Assembly: GCA_019429005.1 (NCBI GenBank) | Contig: JAHYJR010000003.1 | Location: 7,961 to 71,960, forward strand | DNA: 64,000 nt | From: Nanobdellati archaeon | Lineage (GTDB): Archaea; EX4484-52; GLR71 | Direction: 5' to 3' | The notes under the pieces: model-generated | Told to the model about the DNA's origin: nothing | The model's database searches: none | What the model saw: the letters and a program-made list of their open reading frames with translations, nothing else | Shown: piece after piece, positions 43,701 to 44,294 of the stretch | Position numbering within the stretch: the first letter of the stretch is position 1 | Layout: each line of letters starts with the position of its first letter | Made by a program: the position numbers and the translations under genes

Positions 43701-44115
43701 CATCTGTACCATTAACAGTAACATTTAACTCAAAACTCTCATTAAAAAGTATTGTATCGTTTAAAGTAGAATTTGAAAATGTCTCATTTTCAGAAATAGT
43801 TTCTAGAACAGTTGAATTCTCTTGACTCCCATTCAAAACATCAGCAGTTGATGTATCATTTGAATCGGTTAAATTACTTGTAACATTGTCTAAATCAAAA
43901 GCCGTTTGATTATCGGACAAAATAGAAGACTCGTTAGAAAGTAAAACAGCATCTAAATCAGCAGTTTGATTAACGGACACAGATAAGTTCTCAGAATAAA
44001 CAGTAGACATAGAAGAAATAAAAAACAAAAACATTATAGATAACGCTAATAAAAACTTAAAATTTAAGTAAAAAGGCTCAAACCTAATACTATTTCTATT
44101 AACCTTATTATCCAT
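7732..44115 (-). CDS. Giant 12,128-aa surface protein (36.4-kb single ORF). It has a signal peptide, a hyper-glycosylatable ectodomain built from tandem Ig-like super-repeats and Cys/Asp-rich metal-binding-like repeats, a membrane-proximal triple Cys module, one TM helix, and a C-terminal cytoplasmic HerA/VirB4-like ATPase.
   Basis: Uninterrupted frame in a low-GC genome. Likely ATG at 44115 (the listed TTG is at 44118). Signal peptide/anchor FLLALSIMFLFFISSMSTVYS. C-terminal TM IVGYWIILLSTVMLTWYIYTWY (about nt 8842-8905). ATPase motifs ILVAGSTGSGKS, FLVFDEVH and FRKWGIGLIMVSQ. The last about 480 aa are about 85% identical to the downstream paralog. Confidence 0.9.
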   Translation of the reverse strand: MDNKVNRNSIRFEPFYLNFKFLLALSIMFLFFISSMSTVYSENLSVSVNQTADLDAVLLSNESSILSDNQTAFDLDNVTSNLTDSNDTSTADVLNGSQENSTVLETISENETFSNSTLNDTILFNESFELNVTVNGTDDLSINVSDNLTSDDDSVNDTILINGTIQINDTMIINGTLIVNDTIFVNITNNLNETTNGSISIDGMDNSTNVTDVVEIEIKSFISRIIDVIITPGVVFRDGFAFIKARLVYDNNTPIPNQEMYAYTNGTLIGLNATDDNGTILISVDASLLDEGEHFFNLSYYGNEAIDTLSAYFEKIMVTIISNEHIAPIVTQITDVILDPVKVIQGEISKIMANLSFENGTPIPSQKLEFYVDSHLLGINNTNLSGVATLSWNTSPLSPGLYTIKTFYAGNESLNTLSSLGSSTIIQIIPPDVQDLDIIQNNAVIGEPVSWTLKGKVRKSKNISSDDLVPSEAIVTSETRDKVVKIQSMVASIITDEFEAIEIEYKTDAPYSLESDVESYQSGWTKNVTIASSVSMHYHDVQAFSDISEVRGNKISLYWFKDGQKIDVTENSIFNVTFVDTNENGLIDKMFWNVPQLSSQDFVIESTITVLNIQSYPLVGSNWTIYFDTTGSDILYIDNYNPEGIEFAGLYYYDNASEEWVVLNPTFDGENLSISWDYKHGKVLYYELMSGKHLVGFTYGNMTAYAKNLAWALGDSEVTQFSYALDPYTFGFNFTQVKNSYVVAYDNEAIYKDVNVTIPTNVVIINSSVSLSGEMAPKIISNGGDGLFWTKMLVGGKVNASSTLYDFFVSTLVDIRAFNSESTVGNVPIFKIDPGALEPIDFKLGNINLTDDNMELIVINSGDSNKGVDGYNMTCIVNLGPYDPIIPCRNFYYDPPGTDAGSSVFYYNFTDYGPSIIFGHEPGDGEELQLVNSSAERIWGKQFTSKVTDIKVDDINNDTYENIILSTGSVLRILNYTDGSEIETCTVSSSILSFDIGDLIHSLDGLEIIIGTSENLSLFNSTCDLIWTNYSDINNVHTNDNVISVSISEVDSFTPDDEEIIYLVENIIYELDSDGNLLYVREESLNGQIFYNMLVIDHLIESGNEIILSSDSNKKIYIYNFNNFPFQPRMDVEADGVDEWSYDGRLRYDVLEYNTTSSISNRLSTASISECPINETCNIIYSWFANYSGDKKGSIVIEDTTFNYTYNISEAAQSNMEAYWLWNGSFSRNISLNDSIAKNTIVIEGVPVYLDLIRVNQKYPAKALNITFENLSRVLFDVNVYDIQMGSGAVNCSINKDFYLNSQEKCDIEDFTVKSSGVNVTDLWNYSQFYFWDNSMPVEVVAWSNDTDYVKYREFAEKNVTIFRNPNGSTETQVFYNLMFTTSIDDNDTINIIDQPYIKLLNWDNVGNPATYYLNTTNIGLYTDQPSGVKGLDLTLFNQIGCSNPSFIPQKSFYTQKFCNPSSTTTYYNYQVINESVGRYNTVSDICSDNAYSIGEGACIWGCTDSVYTDCWSSGPRYGVVDHDVNDYLCLEGPEKGNIKSNCVYLIDYWENPTGSCCGAKSSIRTCGTWSDIDYLNTWFICSEDTNGNGVIDFVKVVQPRTGNATGDILLNQNVTYAIGGRYNYPPVITATTVSPSEFYWNDSVMNFSVSYNITDYENDYVNLTFSIRNYLSQSITIDSSVIDYVTFNVSVNKSWIGTSCDSKHNYNLCEEKSISFNLTYIDYNVTGTNDSDGGNGFHDWFGSDGLHLTDDDLVLINDTITNPSNEWYPRILSHDSEITYLDAPSEIFRNDISSMLSVRIYDNYTETYPENATCRYRVLLTNMSSDNNLSIEGPAREVLSDSNGYCNYSMFSSDVKYRNTGCVGSYCSSYQTRGNVTWSVEAAGPLYNSSKTYYNITVWSWASVSATSLPQYVYEDVTYTLSCNVFDYINNEHISGYNVTFLNNGIVLGVSVTNSAGIATWLWSPVGGTENVIQCQIFDFPEVYLLVWGGAGNSTSGTGGGGGDGSGPGGVTPQCNDGIDNDNDGTMDWQDNNNNSGLPADPDCTDQYDNDEGGTFGSGTPQCNDTWDNDFDTFSDIDDPECHTDFNASNISSYDPFHESEAIAQCNDGIDNDGNGLIDWPEDFYGCSSADDIWEWSPECNNGFDDDGNGVADFINDTWGCDDANDTREWSPECNNGFDDDDDGYVDYPADFGCINETDDSEQGIIVTTIILINISMDNNLIYRDDAYAISKGYPYNVTFNVNATDNRSQILNETTVVFTNTADSEYLGNCTTDNTGTCSFLWNPSIYTSVGNISIQYDATKLFYILQIEYGSVEVKGILHLNLTSEDMGYYRDGDINVFAELYDEANLSVSAYGLSDYNCSWEISPFDSTGTTLTGTDSVCNYTWSDGCSIGVGSYLVNISYMNQTYYKYWDIFDDNVMGNITVIDNLTVFIDSPNQNSEIYYNYNYWLNSTIIESVCSFDVTNDYQVSWIYADNFSNNGVIVDFGSSYANYSWVADISGRGPINITANVNGTYYPGLFTNMTQLMLYRFSNVGGMLINPSEVTRNDVIGVYCEVTDLNQSVIVPSGYNVDFYVDNTYEYTNISNLTSFAIWSWDTTGYYGGWHNVSCLINNTRQAPYYYNVSSGSNSTIGVVATQLNISKLEIGSPWIYRTDIIPYQTYIDIYVNTTDEEGYSVFVEGAIVSIYGPTGSCGNGQYINETVDHCNCTTDSVGYCSIDFNANDTIFPKLYDFYVNASRPLWISSQTVTASLDIKGSIFANIINPVSDGDIRYKGLSHYLNSSVTTDAGVPLLDSEVNVTWKNSLNVTIGSIINSTWSIPVGTVPFNETISIYVNKTGFVPIVLERYVEIYGWVAVNVTEISPAPDVDDVLPRDIINITCMVYDDNTTTGISGYQVNISDNNGTVDTLIATLFTNSSGYVNYTWNSYFVNLGSHNITCTILENKTLNYNVSFSPSKRYINFTDNNPPIITIHSPINATYTTPLVLLNFSVNEYVDWCGYSLDGAANITIPDCNVTNMTAIYDVGQHTVTVYVNDSESNVGNSTVFFSIDVGVEKNRVFYEDGTTINLTLDAGVPGLDLFANFSLIDSDYGPSHNESYYDAGGGIYYLTYTISDDATNTRSDGGYTIFINSSDGRLRNATLHLNNDWSTWDEISNAFKCTGDIPYKYFMEESCLKNDYDFAFKKYSGTYTEFECNDASLLEKDYLNGLYYPTDGLDCDDADCAGIVYSCPPGSNGDRTKDGGQFVSFGFMDMVFGLLSLTPTCSGGVCQATIDGIQDTKVYYTENVALGGNLTVRFVGPVGNCGSSDNRTVQFMLGVGTQPLPSGLVLPGGSNVFINNLSESSSFTPYVIELGTSEVTFLVATDNVSYCGNLDMTMNIIIPNETGLIGIHTIAVSRDLQIDLTNQINLTIEIGTTATGMLYEHNITDGCRDRTALNQYQEDNDLDYLVDCADPDCWDPGCSGADCVDYRGFSDISLSNSSDYGQGLCQPAETTCYDLVDNDYFNVSGADCQDINCDMRQGNYTDTLHLCEYRQELNCTDGFNNDQYQLKDCDLVATADRFTDPVYGFLQGTGNAEYDCQVECRTLGIVPSQEIGENCTDNIDNDMDYFQMQPGSSYSSGVRNMSIGAGIDCRYNNYDADCNMTAINDSHSPIPFGDCQLLWEMNCTDGFDNDQDWGVANIHFAGYSNLNGSDCDDYNCRGLGSCPVTESCDFACASSGANTCYDFIDNDLDAYNTNGTIKNVTVGAGIDCNWIANDYDSDCHLSYVNVTGSVFRCEIGTELNCTDGYDNDFDLANLTRNKPNYTANYGGLDAADCDDYDCAGATYLNGSYICSNNPYTLFESVCNDTTDNDLDYYFDCADSDCIGSMGPQGVVCAFNEYPEYCRDGGDNDGNDPDADSIYEVGKNGTDCEDPNCHKQFGLCNVCPEFENVSVDACSDGIDNDFDRTFDVDLKDCKESECNGFAGPDGKVCEFNIELSCDDGVDNDDNGFIDCLDDACAGTPSCPSDEYGPNMCVDNVDNDDTPESPGTDADCSDATNDCDLTIHCQTNDVIFKWESTASKVYIDYDYVVRRGENWTIRFTNKTEMVSSVSFSVGIAASPLPADFNVNGANSVKSVLTGPSASEFTKGISTGIFFAESTSYPSTQALDLTYNIELPITDAIVDNSFYTFKIAGNIDGAEEMFISVYVLENNKPIINNISFVSRMAESGALYGPDVTVKVNTSDNVLYNSGIHHCEFKLNTTGWYTYSTVDVRDCEFTFTGLSVGSYNLSVRSVDGAYNINETSMVFDVLIPPILQGFYNITDLEYPGRVRYDDDENITINVNFTSSVSTFSASPTGCLVKFNNISTGVSQLTSTIALSVPVAGKAVCSGEINISSLPRNSGRYDITVEVNDTLLSTGITDAQEFWSCPIFFDSYVGRYRCMTACEDQEPPVIENVSVELDPIFRGSNQTIYATVYDDGIGLGGSIEAGWPKLFVKEADDLGNVYLHEYPYTTTDGAGNYTWNVSINVTELPGVWYYKIEAKDTIGVYTKTDPYNFTVIGRIYITIDSPVNPWDIYHRTETVSLNSTVTDENGVIFDDSDVTLNWFNITNAMINTSINASWALDNLFVLGANSVNATGNKTFYATNSSVKNIWIYGWSGINQTAPYNSTKTRSNIDVICHVSDLNSSENIQDYPVMFWETNSSGTTVYLGSTLTDSSGNSTFTWDTTSHNVGTYIITCNITDNATVYYNVSIPETSYNITLTGLLNVNVTSSESVVYRYNSGVPNETIFEANVTDVFSDNLVSGANVSFYYNSTENSTLYYLGNCMSVDGLCNISWNPADDIYPANYSIYFNATRQYFNDSSTDYIPLKIKGLLIINMTSEGNIYYRGLPSLIEGGLVDAGGVSVTGYPLSGFNCSWIINSTITSSLTDINGTCNMTWNSDCTHILGNYETNLSLTATGSEFWDIFDDNDVENISLIDNLTIIIDSPLNNSIYHKDDDINLFSTVKDSCGFPSNSHSIKWYISADIKTVEDTVYSVFWYDYQTLPVTIKVSDPVNAFYPNQVQNITYIDIYRYTEIKNISFNPASEFVPGSIVNVSCLIQFNDTAINSQVNIDPLYDVSFYLDDVLQSVEKANLSEYAMWQWDTTSVGGGEHEVKCNITDSVLLYYNASYLYEQNSTTMAVTGLNVTNIIFDQDPIVRNDSYSPHEVQISSKVVTSDSGVPVLNAVVHIYLPSGNCTDIDGNVNEINSTNKVCDCITDLSGDCYIKYNATEDILPNNYTVYINATKTSWSDSLTETYILGIWGNLETNITNVYETQIFHRGSNESLQSYTVNESDGNITDDVTLTWVWTPSVTSDQSGSGTLWEILNDYQLGPIMIEALAEKTYYVFDIEARNVFVYGWSNVTLVEPAYDVHNRNETLLIKCNVTDQNTTDVVSNLYPVQFTEDNGTVENVLGTNYTVNGIAMYSWNTTEINPGEYTLRCKILDNDTLYYHATDVWNVSSKSINMSGFLSVSAYPELLWIYRNDSFVNYNTTFVANVLDDNNNPVNLVTVTFLNYTGDVVGTCLTNTTGGCVMTPAWNPSDTYVPGLYNITYYAYKTFYENSIYHNLTVEVRGKYKVSLSSEDILYRGENYWFNGTITSENGDELTSGLYLNWTIINQTGSGVTLILNTSNITDTATIDNAQNIGSYWLNVSVIKSYYDDINTYDVPVTSINKSVDVYGRAVVEIISQSDTSILRTDNVTFIARVYNYYDASDNVSDYVCNWRNDEGDQFNSTTNNLGLCNYTWDSGCSYVVGMHDLNVTIYTNSTLYYSPKAGGYESDNTTVALNGTLNITMDKPEVSGVPKEIVYRYDYVTLNSTVRDECSQIILGTTVNWTSTNITSNVEIIDGAGTTLTYWDLSSPSYHKIGLFNVNATVNKTYYVSGNDTQNVLIYGWSKINLVLPLSDSYQRTELNISCNVKDNHSSENITNYPVYFWDSIDNGLTYAPIDTIYSNLTDAYGNAIYIWNTSMSIVGDHRLKCNITDNATLFYNETEMNESVVDITLIGDLYINITSLINSVFYRNDTFNPYFANITVRAFDENDANIMSANISFQYSDDNDSLSMIYFANCTTDATGKCNIIWNASDTMTPDDYYIFYNGSHPFFNNSLIENTTVQIRGMYHIDNIFYPLDDYSGTEKYNNRVYKDETHYFRSILSFENGTQFSASESPLYMNWWIFNNATSEYTNISVIVNDTSLKLFDVSNHSLGNHYIYVNTTKEYYDEMPTYLDTASKNKSVVIFGRSVVNITVAPTLVIRGTDALFTAFVYDYYNDTGIADYNCTWQTSEGDVFVNKTNATGYCHYTWSTDCADNATIQNVTVLIGEELSLFYNPLQDISLNTSNTSLEVRGDIDSYIISPNAMIDMPLQKDTIVPVSVQVFECGRQIDDVGVNVTLWDGSTYVEWWNYSSVGVSGEYNTTKYIDISHALGNFTIHVTSGRTYYTTNWTSVDVSIWGWSNITFISPLSEIYFRNDTINLICYVDDVSNSSGLENYFVTFIDNNGTDTSTIGTNFTNSSGYATFLWNASESSASPHNVTCNITDNSTQYYTAYQVESNKAMLDLRGYTFITLFKSESHIYRNDSFYPNFTELYVVVIDELGLFLNNSFVSFSYYNGTDNIFIDNCLSNETGNCAVIMDVPDDISPSDYIISYNATNLPQYQPVQKNNTIEVRGKIKLNITYPTYRIFRNETSDLNMTFITENGEYINLTDNTEWLIVNGTDLSETHITNTTFLNSSLTMPYHVLGNHILKIRVEKEFYDSIDTNDSVTIYNNSIEVWGRLLIEYNSSVSTTDERGDVVQFAVRVHNKYDSPQIDVDYNCIWARDDVGGTSSVSVNNGICYYNWTTDCSTWVGGHDLNATIYDNATLFYAVDTVTANYRSFTNDLRGNISKIDILIPNSSMYPLHKNDTVSLIANITDECGYYIPDNTHLGDVAINWTLERPSFFEVVNDTGNGTDSWYIKQSHDLGNFTLFANVSHSYYGNNFTSIGDVQIFGRSDVSFINPFEGNITKYDRSSIVNLTCNVTDRDTNALLNGYQVKFWDNFTNVSGTFVTLINTTQTSVGIAYYEWNISTIPTGDHIVTCNISDYPLINYTAFKTEAETTINLKGFLFVDCVNQTVSKDWVYRMGDSISYSCNVSDENQMPIKDATIWLYTPGAPGVVQSGLTAVDGKVIFGWDPDNTINPSSYTLYYNATRGVNYYNSITKNVTSRVLGKINATIISPLPASSYYKGDPVSLNMTMVLDNGTVVDESFVTSILWYLNGDMANVIGNSQNTTWNVWNNLTNLQDVEVYAFKDSYYFDITSNPTHENIHDSVSIGIWGKSAVEFIAPLPTEKFARGLNITYIARVYDADNITGIYNYTCNWTFNGMNNITFTNESGFCNITWNTMCPVVDISSDSDTIGNHIASIVIPNETYMYYTTDLGNSTNNTNLNLTAPLNITIVQPNMTAFFKTETMFLETIIVDECMDTVVGSQVQWNLERTGFDSVINNSENGTYLIPNDHKLGQFDLNVTTQLVNYNMSYDFKPVEVWGWSFVNLSNITNPKYPLENPQQFEKSLINITCDVKDANMTDPVNVTYPVEFWYTFNYTDYFIASDNTSLSGVTSAVFDARYVPGGIYTIKCNISDYTDVYYNTTIDFEMIQDIVILGVLNVSYNISDNKIYRNDTFTPSQTVLFANVTDEDWPINGTNVTYYYNTSSNSQIYIDSCITNESGVCPVSVIWNPSDTIEPFNYSVIVIVTKPLFDYDTKYEKVETRGRFNFTITQPSINLRLYQNDSYMFNTSILSENGDVLYVLNDTKWYVNSTLLENGNTYDATNVTVPYNQTLGESIFKVDMLKEYYDSLGSPSIDNDDYLVSKEIPVEVWGYSVVEFYPGQNNSIYPLDSSSILYGVQVYNYYNNTKFISGFDCEFNITESVTPILINETMGSSFCYYTWDTDCTNNDYNNIGPNDVIVKIYETPSLFYTPRSGYETSQIVTTLNGSLNVFFKASDGPYVDASVTRIVHRDDTVNLFVSVEDQCGDDLLIASPSVVNWSLVPEPSVGTLNISGDGLSDVWNINPDFFEIKNYTLRANGTQQYYVSDYDDLEISVWGYSDVTIVEPVLNVSKTYERSELNISCYVNDANVTNPALLDLEGYPVNITYSLITATINESGFINYSVTDSDGYFNFTWDTLNIKGGLYTIYCNITDNSTLNYTASRVVSSVQLNMTASMEVDLQNVTETMIYRNDTLPASGPYSTKFISKVIDVGSSVDGATIEYWYNDTNDVFQLIGTCITNITGYCTNPVVWNPVATIVPNNYNIRYKATHTLTTYENSSEYFTNVLVKGKIQINITSPYPNEVVFRQYPLDLTWFNVTVTDENGNFVYDTQNNWSIVNVSLGLITPLIDTLSQNISVVVPYHSLYDNVVNLTVWKQYYEFMGSNASVLDANVTVDVWAKSVVDIVQEYDSRERGENITYIAKVSDKFNASLLILGYNCTWDYDGQQKLTPTNASGYCNVTWLTGCSNPGAGADEGDNQSIGQHTTKVNISSTSMLNYEPNAPNDNNDETYTNLTGALDVTIVEPSYYLIQRNDSTSLISEVRDECGNTVSASVVNWDIYNQTTSIWYESVGSLQNDTWNVTYNHNLGNYTMNVTSSKDLYNSTMSSKIIAVFGWANVTLNLPQSASYVRNTTILMSCNVLDLNTSQNIESYPVEFLNMDKYSSTYSIIGTNVTNLTGDAIFSWDTSLYNAGSHYVACRIADNYTLYYTAPINTSNNITLDLKGKLYINITDIEYPVIYRNDSFSPFTTNITFNITDELNMTISNATVTLNYTLPSWSPMEKSIGVCNTTDISSGLCEILFNINDLESPENYTIIASAENLDYTSQSDVFESIIVKAKTDIIVIAYPNGSTDNYYGMRLYRNETHNFTIDILDENSVGFMNATSINWTILNFTDLSDVTSISNTTDISIDDSLSKTQDLGQYWLNATVEKIYYDDIITNESVSSINMTVEVWGRAAVNIINSYTSKYRGDSDIIYIAKVYNYNSVSDDGLSDYNCTWRTDDGVEVVTVTNSSGYCNFTWITNCSNWATGDNWVGNHIINVTIYEDAPKYYTPEVSEYSKQTNLILRDTLNVTILSPNASIYELNKDTTVLMDLNITDSCDTLVYSNSYRSTDPVVNWTVYRNGWTDLSVENGNGTDLWYINGTYPIGNFTLNATAMHPYYDTHSYEIYNMPIWGWSVINLTSPIVDMLFDRNNTIPIYCNVTDNHTNESISEYPVYFWDSLPGFYDYTNLSVSNVNLTNGSGLAVYYWNASQVQVGEHIVKCNITSNSTLNFTSWAPRAEATQGIDLRGQLYSVAESQEAMIYRNDSFIPFKTMLNVTVTDENTNLVVNSTVAFYYTNLTSLQNITIGLCNTTVAVPGYCNITWNISYNAEPGDYQIYYNTTAAYFKPAVIGNFVVQVKAKFNASIITPVFDQRLYRDIIYPLNATIIDENGLAVVQSSPDWIFWNLINRTSMSQVIEFLNTSIVLDSQIINMTQALGEYYLNLTAQKQYYDDTDDNNSITWSMFNVSVWGRAGIEYIAPVNYSTYNQLDNLTFIARVYNFHNYSEGLEGYNCSWTLDGRTEVHKTNASGYCNVTWYTDCNTVPGAGDDVDTVGNHTIGVEIFEDAGKFYTPEPTVDSDLIISGITSIINGTISTFDILGSSRTSGSVNPPYGYPDIIERPEVHKKDLVIISVVLRDSCNNLLDESIVTNDYLYVDGSPKSSTVTSGDTVTLSWPVGSISIVGNVSLNISLASDGFFTSYVSTNKTVYSWVEVGYSNSEPKSGYYSKGMIDFKCNVLDNPTPAILVKDYPVKFYITNDTVPSNVTDASGIAYTSWNSSAIEGTRFNYTCNITDNATLYYHALPNQNSFDSEIKFVTVEFDSDPKKIYRNDLYSPFESFVNITVFDDNATALNNTNVTYYYFNLTDLQNHTIDSCITNENGTCGVLWNITDIAEVGTYTLKYLALYEGTPIFMAGETSESVDVYGRYGINIIGIADGLIIFKNELVYLNSSVTDENLAEINIAGVNWTFELNGTGSQESLFTNTADTWWTVPVGKSHGAYIINVSATEDYYDNINIETPFISNNVSVYVWGHSAIETVSNATNVTRMDNITFTAKVYDYHNSSVIPDYNCIWEIPGESVTVTKTNGTGICNITWSTDCTDSVGAYIVNVSITSNSDMFYSPKIPLNITSYNVDIVDVLSIIIDYPNATDYNIYKSLNQALNSTFNNTCGSVISPVVTWNISNGVIEKTILSTVNMNDLWYVADNELPGNYTLTAEVVAPYNVEDTNSTNITLYGWSKVEVVSPSVDIQRGLIDVTCKVSDANDSRVLANYSVMFFVKNDTGNYESIDVGMNYTDALGYANVVWNATNETAGNHTFMCNITDNMTQYYFASLKENFKLIRVLGKVYINLSKQSDMIYRDDAFATPYTVNFTANITTETGDIGTDSVVAFYYENLTTSALHFIDNCSTGSMTYCDVLWNIDDNAEVGNYTIYFNATKDLYGFSNVLQTDMVVIGTSEPVFNISSTMVYGVVNNVKCGVKDSSNNMSVQDYPVSVYYYNSTIPGYVIVGSKTTGLDGNATFSWIPEQLGVATLMCSIGDNQTLYYNASVISVNDTTDVKDLVAPIIYGTSLDKISVEVNKDNITILANISDDVMMSYAYATISKGAYLVTVNLTLISGNTKDGQYSGVYLPVDPFNNMVQGLYDLSVYAVDVYGPNADNVFVSNITIITTTDYVLYQSPDREYVNEISTLNTYLFNITFDLENIGNGTMFDSDIIVYRDGSAYDPDATQGIILVPNNFTFVDNYKISCGDIAPGSICHKVLTVNVTADATVNTHDIKGIISWLKSNTYPGPSLFNLTNVIVLSSPELSLLVPSSKNITASLVPGETKIFNVTIGATGNEDLWVIEYSKASGNMDINWSLTYEPVSISSITKRFDDVVSVSVGVPLNQSFGTYTAVVLFNATGTFCQNASRCMDNLTIQIEVVPDIDEPEILYIDISSADINETIVLDINVTDEAGIDTVWAYVDYITPNMTLMPNETITNFVNASPVVVNFNSQPSHMVYLDMRKYVQIRNMTMTLQAVSGPPFPDNILITLVGTDNVLWSYDGEFSNTSKIDIALETSALEAYLDSCTLTSVGNCTAILNVSSNEGSVWIDDLNISYQPTSVRYNIPQFNVSSGNSWDAMFDKTYGYGDYDVIFFTNDTNGLLSQEMGIFDVYPELRFNGYSTDYGANSYISAIPIAVNFVFYRPGTNLVLDHFSSLEQNSSTAVYNKTMRQRLYDVKLSAFDGSALFSNVSFINTTSVESPFFIGYVDPSILSLPERTAEIGALSSISVHTDMIFSNMTIVLDYSNSGKSISYEGNIDMYRCANWDIQSGVCSSGWIKKQSVESGVISVDNESYVDMINNKISYVSSQTSAYAAVEYCGSCFKQAVMPSTSGASTAGTLNVCGDGSCTAGENGFNCAEDCAVCGNSICEFGEEFTCFSDCVFSYCGNYICDIGENENNCEIDCVEGPFSVETDLNDVILYPGESRTYPFEVTNNMDLDIGEFVFDVSDNLKPFIRFELAKTSLLSRDTVSNRAFLQVSNKTKIGTYSGDILLDGDGFVKRMPVRLVVTYSGAGFLDVVFDVMPKEVTVDSTLKTQIIIYNKGFKQNFNVDVLYLIKDFNSEMVYNFSENLNVISSNSSINIIALEELELENGNYFVEAIITYEGNRMASATSAFTIMKPFWNTMRIRIVGYWIILLSTVMLTWYIYTWYQKQKKSKARYVFPVDYTKLPMKSETNFDIGKVAETNIKAWFNPTDITTHILVAGSTGSGKSVTASVFVEEALLKKIPVVVFDPTSQWTGFVKACKDVNLTSKYSNFNMKPSDARPFKGLIYDVETPDVDVDFKKYMNPGEITVFNLDKLKAGEYDQAVMRIIAKIFKETWEESADLKLFLVFDEVHRLLEKYGGKGGYVALEKACREFRKWGIGLIMVSQVSADFKEAVAGNILTEIQLNTKSIEDINKIESKYGSEFAERISRQAIGVAMVQNPKYNDGKPWFVNFRPTMHSPHRIPEEDLNRYKEFTTKLDNLEIKIDILSEKGKDVSDIRLELKLARDKLKEGRFRMAEIYINSLAENLTKLGV
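12900..30200 (-). repeat. Intragenic tandem super-repeats (approximate bounds). Dozens of Ig-like modules of about 100 aa in 4 recurring types, arranged in super-repeats of about 450-900 aa.
   Basis: Recurrent signatures in the translation. Type D: V(W/Y)GWS...C.V.D....YPV.F....G.A...W.T....G.H...C.ITDN.TLYY, at least 12 copies. Type C: C.WT.......TN.SGYCN.TW.T.C, at least 10 copies. Types A/B: G.L.V..........YR.D with cysteines G.C.T...G.C.I.W. Confidence 0.6.
32000..33800 (-). repeat. Cluster of at least 9 MopE-like Cys/Asp-rich putative metal-binding repeats (C.DG.DND.D....DC.D.DC)
   Basis: Translation shows NCTDGFNNDQ..DCD, NCTDGFDNDQD..DCDDYNC, NCTDGYDNDFD, CNDTTDNDLDYYFDCADSDC, CRDGGDNDGNDPDADS..DCEDPNC, CSDGIDNDFD..DCKESEC, CDDGVDNDDNGFIDCLDDAC, CVDNVDNDD..DADCSD, DCADPDCWDPGC. 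On the nucleotide level this is GAT/AAT-rich low-complexity sequence that creates spurious antisense ORFs. Confidence 0.6.
37490..38150 (-). repeat. Second cluster of CxDGxDNDxDG Asp/Cys repeats (5 copies), preceded by a GC-rich Gly/Ser tract (GGAGNSTSGTGGGGGDGSGPGG)
   Basis: PQCNDGIDNDNDGTMDW, QCNDTWDNDFDTFSDIDDPEC, AQCNDGIDNDGNGLIDWPEDFYGC, SPECNNGFDDDGNGVADF, SPECNNGFDDDDDGYVDY. The GC-rich island at about 38085-38150 is atypical for this genome. Confidence 0.55.
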
Positions 44116-44141
44116 CAAATTAACCGGATTTTTTAGTGTAA

Positions 44142-44214
44142 ATATCGTTAAAAATCGATATGTAATACATCAAACTGCTTAGATATAATTGTGTTTAAAT
44201 GGTATATATAGTTT
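44142..44214 (-). promoter_or_regulatory. Candidate promoter and leader of the giant gene. TATA-like GGTATATATAG (44201-44211) and inverted repeat ATATCG-n8-CGATAT (44142-44161).
   Basis: This is the only AT-palindromic TATA-like element in the 176-nt intergenic region upstream of the start. The IR lies between the TATA-like element and the ATG at 44115. Confidence 0.3.
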
Positions 44215-44294
44215 TATAAAAACAGATGCATAAGAAACAAAAAGTATAACTTAACAGTACTCAAATAAACTTAAAAAAACAATAAAAAACAGAT

